DNA from: an uncultured Chlamydiae bacterium
GTDB taxonomy: Bacteria > Chlamydiota > Chlamydiia > Chlamydiales > SM23-39
Reading direction: 5' to 3'
DNA: 33,368 bases
NCBI GenBank assembly: GCA_937899275.1
Contig: CALBPE010000027.1
Coordinates: forward strand, 1 to 33,368
Part shown: positions 26,847-33,368 of the stretch, piece by piece
How the letters are laid out: each line of letters opens with the position of its first letter
How positions within the stretch are numbered: the stretch's first letter is position 1
The notes under the pieces: model-generated
The model's input: only the letters and a program-made list of their open reading frames with translations
Told to the model about the DNA's origin: nothing
Database searches by the model: none
Translations under genes and position numbers: made by a program

Positions 26847-27372
26847 TCTATCTATTCCAGATGTGAAACTTCTTTGTGCAGAAAAGCACGTAGATGAAAG
26901 AGGATATTTTATGGAAAGTTTCCCAGAAAAATGGGGAAAAACAGGGAACATGCCCCTATTTGTGCAGGATAATTTTGCCGTATCCAAACGCCATGTTCTT
27001 CGAGGTATGCACTACCAAAAAACGCGCCCTCAGGCAAAGCTTGTATGGGTATCTTTTGGAAGTATTATTGATGTAGCTGTCGATCTTAGAAAAAACTCTT
27101 CCACGTTTTTATCTTACGTGATGGTACAGCTGACAGAAGACAATAATCAACAGATTTTCATCCCAGAAGGATTTGCCCATGGGTATTTAGTTCAGTCGGA
27201 AAAAGCGCATGTACACTATAAAGTGTCGTCTTCTTATAACCCTAAAGATGAGGGATCTTTCCGTTACGATGATCCTACGGTGCATATTTCTTGGCCTGAA
27301 AAATCGCCGATTCTTTCTGAAAAAGATCGCACAGCTCCTTTTCTCCAGATTCAGCAGAAGGAGGAAGTATGA
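26833..27372 (+). CDS. rmlC: dTDP-4-dehydrorhamnose 3,5-epimerase
   Basis: DERGYFME, VLRGMHYQ, DVAVDLR and GFAHG motifs; true start MQIIDL at 26833. Confidence 0.95.
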   Translation: MQIIDLSIPDVKLLCAEKHVDERGYFMESFPEKWGKTGNMPLFVQDNFAVSKRHVLRGMHYQKTRPQAKLVWVSFGSIIDVAVDLRKNSSTFLSYVMVQLTEDNNQQIFIPEGFAHGYLVQSEKAHVHYKVSSSYNPKDEGSFRYDDPTVHISWPEKSPILSEKDRTAPFLQIQQKEEV

Positions 27373-28217
27373 AATACGCCATCTTAGGGGGCTATGGACT
27401 ACTTGGTAAAGCATTTCAAGAGGTGCTGCAACAGTCTGGGAAGGCGTTTACCGCATTTTCTAAGCAGGATTTAGATATACGCGATGTAGCCGACTTAGGT
27501 AGGCTTTTGCCTGGCTTTGATGTGATCATTAACTGCGCTGCTTATACCGATGTAAAAGGAGCAGAAATCGAGCAAAAAACTGCGTATGAAGTCAATGTAG
27601 AGGGCCCCAGAAATTTAGCAGCTTATACAAGATCTGGTCCAAAGCTGATTCATATTTCTTCTGACTATGTGTTTGGAGGGGCAAATCAATCGAGGCCTTA
27701 CCAAGAAAATGATGACCCCGATCCATTAAATATTTATGGAAAAACAAAAGCCCTTGGGGAAATTGCTGTTTTAGAGGAAAACCCAGCAGCCCTAGTATGG
27801 CGGACATCTTGGCTATTTTCTTATACAGGACAATCATTTGTGCAAAAGATTTTGCAGCAAATCGAGCAGAAAAAAGAAGTATCTGTTGTAGAAGATCAGG
27901 TGGGAAGGCCCACATTTGCTCAAGATTTAGCAGAAGCTGTATTGGGCTTGGAAGATGCATCAGGGATCTTTCATTTTGCGAATAAAGAGCCTGTATCTCG
28001 CTACCAGTTTGCAGAAGCGATCTGGCTTGCAGCAAAAAACGCCTCTATTTCTCTTCGTTGTAAGAAAATGCATTCGGTTAAAACCAAACCTACAGATGTG
28101 GTGAGGCCCTCTTATTCCGTGCTCTCCACTCAGAAATATGCCAAACTAGCCAAGACTCCAAGGTCTTGGAAAAAGCCTTTAGAAATCACCATGCAAAAAC
28201 TGTTTTCATTATGTTAG
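27369..28217 (+). CDS. rmlD: dTDP-4-dehydrorhamnose reductase
   Basis: GGYGLLG, NCAAYTDV, ISSDYVF, YGKTK and DQVGRPT motifs. Confidence 0.95.
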   Translation: MKYAILGGYGLLGKAFQEVLQQSGKAFTAFSKQDLDIRDVADLGRLLPGFDVIINCAAYTDVKGAEIEQKTAYEVNVEGPRNLAAYTRSGPKLIHISSDYVFGGANQSRPYQENDDPDPLNIYGKTKALGEIAVLEENPAALVWRTSWLFSYTGQSFVQKILQQIEQKKEVSVVEDQVGRPTFAQDLAEAVLGLEDASGIFHFANKEPVSRYQFAEAIWLAAKNASISLRCKKMHSVKTKPTDVVRPSYSVLSTQKYAKLAKTPRSWKKPLEITMQKLFSLC

Positions 28218-29221
28218 TAAAAAAAAGCGCAAATCTTCTTATCACAGGCGGCAGCGGGTTTATGGGATCTGCTTTTATCCGCTTTTTATTTGAACAGACT
28301 GATTTTTCAGGTCGGGTAATCAACGTGGACCTGTTGACTTATGCCAGCTCAAAAAGGAGCCTTGCCTCTTGTGAAAGCTCGCCTAGATACACTTTTTACC
28401 AGGCAAATATCCACCACCAAGCATTTATCGAAGAGCTTTTACTCAATCATGAAATTGATGCAGTAATCCATTTTGCAGCAGAAACCCATGTGGATCGTAG
28501 CATACAGCACCCGGAGGTATTTGTAGATACGAATATCCGAGGGACCTTTACCCTTTTAGAATGCATTAGGAAATATCCCCACATCCACTTCCATCAAATT
28601 TCAACAGATGAGGTGTTTGGCTCTTTAGGTGAAGGGGGAACATTTCACGAACATACACCATACAGGCCTAGTTCTCCTTATGCGGCATCAAAAGCTGCAT
28701 CTGATCACCTCGTTTCTTCCTACGCTAAAACGTATGGCTTATCGATTACCATTTCCCATTCGGTGAATAATTACGGCCCATTTCAGCATAGGGAAAAATT
28801 GATTCCTTGTATGTTGCATAAGGCGTTTCAAAATAAAAAACTACCCCTATACGGATCTGGCCAGCAAGAAAGAAGCTGGATTTATGTAGACGATCATGCT
28901 TTTGCGCTTTGGACTATTTTAACCAAAGGAGAAAAAGGGCAGGCGTATGGGATTTGTGGAACAGACATTTTCACCAATTTAGCCGTAGTGAAAAAAATCT
29001 TATCTACTGTTTTAGATGTCCCTGAAAATCAGTTAGACGAAAGCGCTTATATCTCCCATATAGCCGACCGTCCAGGGCACGATTTTCGCTATGCATTAGA
29101 TGGTAAAAAACTCCATTCTTTAGGTTATAAACCAAAAATCGATTTTGCTGAAGGGCTGAAAAAAACCATTTCTTGGTATAAAAAAGAGCGCTACGCTAAT
29201 ACAGCGTTTTCTGGTCGATAA
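28211..29221 (+). CDS. rmlB: dTDP-glucose 4,6-dehydratase
   Basis: TGGSGFMG, HFAAETHVDRSI, STDEVFG, YAASK and DRPGHDFRY motifs; ATG at 28211. Confidence 0.95.
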   Translation: MLVKKSANLLITGGSGFMGSAFIRFLFEQTDFSGRVINVDLLTYASSKRSLASCESSPRYTFYQANIHHQAFIEELLLNHEIDAVIHFAAETHVDRSIQHPEVFVDTNIRGTFTLLECIRKYPHIHFHQISTDEVFGSLGEGGTFHEHTPYRPSSPYAASKAASDHLVSSYAKTYGLSITISHSVNNYGPFQHREKLIPCMLHKAFQNKKLPLYGSGQQERSWIYVDDHAFALWTILTKGEKGQAYGICGTDIFTNLAVVKKILSTVLDVPENQLDESAYISHIADRPGHDFRYALDGKKLHSLGYKPKIDFAEGLKKTISWYKKERYANTAFSGR

Positions 29222-29498
29222 ACCGAAATGCCGTACCTAAAGACTCGATAATTTCCCAGTTTGTGGTTTCTACAATCGGGTAGTTGTGGTCGATGATGTA
29301 CCAGATATGCCGGAATGTCTTGGTGATTTCAGGGTCCTTTAGCTTATGAATATCCGCATCGGTTTCTTTAAGAAGGGCGTGCAGCTCTTGAATAGAGCTT
29401 CCCTGGTTGATGGCGTTTGCTAGCATATTCATCTCCATACGGAGGATCTCTTTTGTGGCGTGTAGATCTTCATAGGGTAGATCAAAATCTGCAGGCAT
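29196..29498 (-). CDS. Small hypothetical protein
   Basis: About 100-aa helical-looking ORF with likely ATG at 29498; its 3' end overlaps rmlB by 26 bp. Confidence 0.55.
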   Translation of the reverse strand: MPADFDLPYEDLHATKEILRMEMNMLANAINQGSSIQELHALLKETDADIHKLKDPEITKTFRHIWYIIDHNYPIVETTNWEIIESLGTAFRFIDQKTLY

Positions 29499-29587
29499 AC
29501 TTTTCCTATTGACTATTCTTTTTTTGTATAGCGAAAACGCGATATACAACATAGAATTTTTTCATTTAGCAAGGTCACAAGCGAAAA

Positions 29588-29617
29588 ATTGACGGGATCT
29601 TGTCAATCGTTTACACT
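29588..29617 (+). promoter_or_regulatory. suf operon promoter with overlapping palindrome
   Basis: TTGACG-N17-TACACT; ATTGAC-N8-GTCAAT (29588-29607) overlaps the -35 box. Confidence 0.6.
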
Positions 29618-29646
29618 ATGTGCGAGAAGATAGGGCGAAAAAACGG

Positions 29647-31077
29647 ATGACACAAGAATTTTTAAGCAAAGAGTATAAGTATGGGTTTCAGACAAAAATT
29701 GATTCCCACACCTTCAAAAAAGGGCTTTCTAAAGAAGTTATTGAAAAAATTTCTGATCTGAAACAAGAACCCCCTTTTTTACGAGCATTTCGCTTGAAGG
29801 CTTACGAGAAGTGGCTGACGATGAAAGAGCCTAAGTGGGCCAATATTTCCTATCCGCCTATCGACTACCAAAATATTTCTTACTACTCCGCTCCCAAGAA
29901 AAAACAGACTCTTTCTTCATTAGATGAAGTCGACCCTGAGCTTCTTCGAACATTTGAGAAGCTAGGCATACCTGTAGAAGAGCAAAAAAGGCTAACAAAT
30001 GTCGCTGTCGATGTGGTGTTTGATTCCGTTTCTTTGGGAACGACATTTAAAAAAAAATTAGCCGAAGCAGGCGTTGTTCTATGCTCTATTTCTGAAGCGG
30101 TCAAAACGTATCCTGCGTTATTAGAACAGTATTTAGGCACTGTTGTCCCTATTGGAGATAACTATTTTGCAGCTCTTAATTCTGCGGTATTTACAGACGG
30201 CTCTTTTGTATACATACCAGAAGGTGTGCAATCTCCAATGGAGCTTTCTACCTATTTTCGGATTAATGAACGGGATACAGGCCAATTTGAAAGAACGCTG
30301 ATTATTGCTGAAAAAGGCTCTTACGTAAGCTATTTAGAAGGCTGCACAGCACCTTCTTTTGACACCAATCAGCTCCATGCAGCCGTTGTAGAACTGGTAG
30401 CTAAAGATGACGCAGAAATCAAATACTCCACAGTACAAAATTGGTATGCGGGGGATCCAAAAACAGGTAAAGGTGGCATCTACAATTTTGTGACAAAAAG
30501 AGGTCTTTGTGCAGGACGCAAATCAAAAATTTCCTGGTCGCAAGTAGAGGCGGGAGCTGCGATTACGTGGAAATATCCCAGCTGCATTTTACAAGGTGAT
30601 GAGTCTACAGGGGAGTTTTACTCTGTTGCTCTGACCAATGGACATATGCAAGCAGATACCGGTACAAAAATGATCCATGTGGGAAAAAATACTTCGTCTA
30701 CCATCATTTCTAAAGGGATTTCTGCAGAGAAGTCGCATAATAGCTACCGAGGTCTTGTGCGGATGATGCCGAAAGCAAAAAAAGCGCGTAACTATACCCA
30801 GTGCGATTCTATGCTGGTTGGCAATCAATGCTCTGCAAATACTTTTCCCGATATCGATGTGAGAAATCCCTCTTCTTCTGTAGAACATGAGGCCTCCACA
30901 TCCAAACTCAATGAAATGCAGCTATTTTACCTGCAATCGCGGGGTATTCCAAGAGAAGAGGCAATTCGGATTATTGTAAGCGGCTTTTGTCAGGAAGTAA
31001 TTGAAAAACTTCCCCTGGAATTTGCTGCAGAAGCAGAAAAACTACTCACCTTAAAACTAGAACGCTCTGTAGGGTAA
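29647..31077 (+). CDS. sufB: Fe-S cluster assembly protein SufB
   Basis: [33 protein letters not shown] and EHEASTS motifs; ATG at 29647. Confidence 0.98.
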   Translation: MTQEFLSKEYKYGFQTKIDSHTFKKGLSKEVIEKISDLKQEPPFLRAFRLKAYEKWLTMKEPKWANISYPPIDYQNISYYSAPKKKQTLSSLDEVDPELLRTFEKLGIPVEEQKRLTNVAVDVVFDSVSLGTTFKKKLAEAGVVLCSISEAVKTYPALLEQYLGTVVPIGDNYFAALNSAVFTDGSFVYIPEGVQSPMELSTYFRINERDTGQFERTLIIAEKGSYVSYLEGCTAPSFDTNQLHAAVVELVAKDDAEIKYSTVQNWYAGDPKTGKGGIYNFVTKRGLCAGRKSKISWSQVEAGAAITWKYPSCILQGDESTGEFYSVALTNGHMQADTGTKMIHVGKNTSSTIISKGISAEKSHNSYRGLVRMMPKAKKARNYTQCDSMLVGNQCSANTFPDIDVRNPSSSVEHEASTSKLNEMQLFYLQSRGIPREEAIRIIVSGFCQEVIEKLPLEFAAEAEKLLTLKLERSVG

Positions 31078-31083
31078 ATCATC

Positions 31084-31842
31084 ATGAAAAATACACTTCT
31101 TCAACTACATAATGTCCATGCAAAAATTGGAGAAAAACCGATACTCAAAGGGTTTTCTTTAGAAATTTTAGCAGGGGAGTCTCATGCGATTATGGGACCT
31201 AACGGCGCGGGAAAATCCACCTTAGCCAATATTTTAGCGGGACATCCCGACTACGAGGTAACCGCTGGAGAGATCTTTTTTCAAGGACAAGATGTGCTAG
31301 CATTAGAACCAGAAGAAAGGGCGCATCTAGGGATCTTTATGAGTTTTCAGTATCCCATCGAGGTTCCTGGAGTGACTAATGCGGCATTTTTGGAGCAAGC
31401 GGTGCAAAATAAGCGAAAAGCCCTAGGGAAAAAACCGCTGTCTGCTGCAGAATTCCAAGACCTTTTGAATAAAAAAATGGAACAAATGGCTATGGATCCT
31501 ATATTGCAAAGTCGCTTTTTAAACGAAGGGTTTTCTGGTGGTGAAAAAAAGAAAAATGAGATGCTGCAAATGGCTTTACTCGAGCCAAAACTTGCTGTAC
31601 TCGATGAAACAGACTCGGGACTTGACGTCGATGCGATTCGTGTGACGGCAGAACATATCAACCAGATGAAAAAAAACTGTAGCCTGATTTTGATCACCCA
31701 CTACGCAAGATTACTTAAGCTGATTTGTCCCGATCATATTCATGTGATGATCGATGGGAAAATTGCAGAATCAGGATCGATGGACCTTTGCTACAAGGTA
31801 GATGAACTAGGCTATGTTACGCAAAAGGTGTTGCCGTCGTGA
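31084..31842 (+). CDS. sufC: Fe-S cluster assembly ATPase SufC
   Basis: GPNGAGKST, FSGGEKKKNE and LDETDSGLD motifs. Confidence 0.98.
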   Translation: MKNTLLQLHNVHAKIGEKPILKGFSLEILAGESHAIMGPNGAGKSTLANILAGHPDYEVTAGEIFFQGQDVLALEPEERAHLGIFMSFQYPIEVPGVTNAAFLEQAVQNKRKALGKKPLSAAEFQDLLNKKMEQMAMDPILQSRFLNEGFSGGEKKKNEMLQMALLEPKLAVLDETDSGLDVDAIRVTAEHINQMKKNCSLILITHYARLLKLICPDHIHVMIDGKIAESGSMDLCYKVDELGYVTQKVLPS

Positions 31843-33017
31843 TGAAATCAACCTTTTCCTTTCAAGAGTTTGCAAGAAAAAAATATGAAGAGGTCCCAAA
31901 AGATCGCTATCTTCATGCGTTAATTGAAAAAACGCTTTCCGCTATCTCAGAAACTCCCCCTTTTACTTATCCATCTGTTATGGATAACGCCCTAGTTTTT
32001 TTCGATGGGGTCTATGTACCCGAAGCGTCTACTGTACATGAAAACGATCTATTAGACGCTCCTATAAGCTGCCTTTCCTTCGAAGAGGCAAAAGAGCTTT
32101 ATGGGGACTTCGCCCTACGAAAGGCCTATAATGCAGTGGAGCGCACGCAAAATCCCTCAGCGCTTTTTTCAGCAGGTACTGCAAAAGATCCCCTGTTTAT
32201 TCGGGTGGAAGATGGGCAAAAAACCGATCTACACCTTGTGTATTTGCACAGCTCTCAGGAAAAACTCTGCCCCCAGTTTCTCTATTTTTCTTTGGGTAAA
32301 GATGCCGATGTATCTGTGCAGACAAAGCAAATTTTTTTAGAAGACTCGGCAAGTTATGCAGCGCCTTTTGTCAGCCTTTTTTTAGATGCATCTGCAAAAA
32401 TTTCTTGGTCCGATGTGATCTCGACGCACTTTACCGGAGCATTTCAAGCGCAGCTGAGTGAGGGCGCCTTTTTACAAAAGCAAAGCGTCCATTTAGGCTC
32501 TACTTCTTCTCGAGAAGAAATAGAAATCGCGCTTTTAGGGAAAAACGCCGATGCTTCTGTCTCTAGCTTGATTTTAAATGAAGGTAATCTAGAAAAACGC
32601 CTCAATATCCTCATGGAACATCAAAGCCCTGAAGCGGTATCTTCGCAGCTGGTCAAAACCTTAGCTGCAGGCAGCTCAAAAACTGCATTTGCAGGCAAAA
32701 TCTATGTGCATCCTGAAGCGCAACAAACAGAAAGCTACCAGCTAGCAAGAGCGCTTTTGCTATCGGAAAAAGCCCGCATGCAAGCGATGCCTAACCTAGA
32801 AATTTTTGCAGATGATGTGAAAGCAAGCCACGGCGCAACCATTGCTGAGCCTGATGAAAAAGCCCTTTTTTACCTCCAAAGTAGAGGCATAAGTCAAGCA
32901 TCGGCAAAAGCGCTATTGATGCAAGCATTTTGTAGAGAAGTGATAGAAAAATTTCCAAAAGATCTTGCAAAGACCGCTTTATCCCATACGCAAAACTTCA
33001 TTGAGAAACACCTATGA
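31839..33017 (+). CDS. sufD: Fe-S cluster assembly protein SufD
   Basis: PNLEIFADDVKASHGAT and FYLQSRGI motifs; operon position. Confidence 0.93.
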   Translation: MMKSTFSFQEFARKKYEEVPKDRYLHALIEKTLSAISETPPFTYPSVMDNALVFFDGVYVPEASTVHENDLLDAPISCLSFEEAKELYGDFALRKAYNAVERTQNPSALFSAGTAKDPLFIRVEDGQKTDLHLVYLHSSQEKLCPQFLYFSLGKDADVSVQTKQIFLEDSASYAAPFVSLFLDASAKISWSDVISTHFTGAFQAQLSEGAFLQKQSVHLGSTSSREEIEIALLGKNADASVSSLILNEGNLEKRLNILMEHQSPEAVSSQLVKTLAAGSSKTAFAGKIYVHPEAQQTESYQLARALLLSEKARMQAMPNLEIFADDVKASHGATIAEPDEKALFYLQSRGISQASAKALLMQAFCREVIEKFPKDLAKTALSHTQNFIEKHL

Positions 33018-33368
33018 GCGTTGTAAAAAGCGCAATAAAACAGGCTTTTCCTATCTGGGATAAGCATCCCAATCTTGTCTACTTAGATTCTGCTGCAACA
33101 ACGCATAAACCAAAAGTTGTCATCGATAGGATGTCTCAATTTTACCTCGAGCAGTACGCCACTGTTCATAGAGCGGTATACGGCCTTTCTGTTCAGGCAA
33201 CGGCCTTTGTAGAAGAGGTGAGAAAACAGGTGGCAGACTTTATCAAGGCGCAGCATGTAGAAGAAATCGTCTTTACTAAAGGCACAACGGATGCAATTCA
33301 TCTTGTCAAACAGACTCTTAGTTGCAGCTGGAAGAAAGGCGATGAAGTGATCATCACTGAAGGGGAGC
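33014..33368 (+). CDS. sufS: Cysteine desulfurase SufS, truncated by window end
   Basis: Manual translation MSVVKSAIKQAFP...VYLDSAATTHKP...ATVHRAVY...EIVFTKGTT; ATGA overlap with sufD. Confidence 0.95.
   Translation, partial: MSVVKSAIKQAFPIWDKHPNLVYLDSAATTHKPKVVIDRMSQFYLEQYATVHRAVYGLSVQATAFVEEVRKQVADFIKAQHVEEIVFTKGTTDAIHLVKQTLSCSWKKGDEVIITEGE

Overview
Chromosomal window from a Chlamydiota bacterium, judged from the chlamydial-type 1051-aa PBP2 next to tRNA-Gly-rpsB-tsf-pyrH-frr-tRNA-Glu-tRNA-Lys. It also carries rsmB-pgeF-rmlCDB, sufBCD plus partial sufS, scattered surface-glycan genes (sugar epimerase, Wza-like lipoprotein, Bcs1-like IspD-SDR fusion, interrupted GT25) and several orphan effector-like ORFs. 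The most striking region is about 2.7-8.5 kb, an old tandem duplication. Its junction holds a 276-bp non-autonomous IS200/IS605 element (6365-6640, minus strand) that the ORF track misses. The element keeps IS608-like left and right ends, the last codons of tnpA and tnpB, and the span expected for the TnpB omegaRNA. Its flank-derived guide perfectly matches the second duplicate copy, directly after the element's own target motif (TTTAC, 8509-8513). Identity between the two copies is perfect next to that site and decays with distance. Three accessory genes are each split by a single in-frame TAA. All calls come from reading the sequence by eye; no searches were run.
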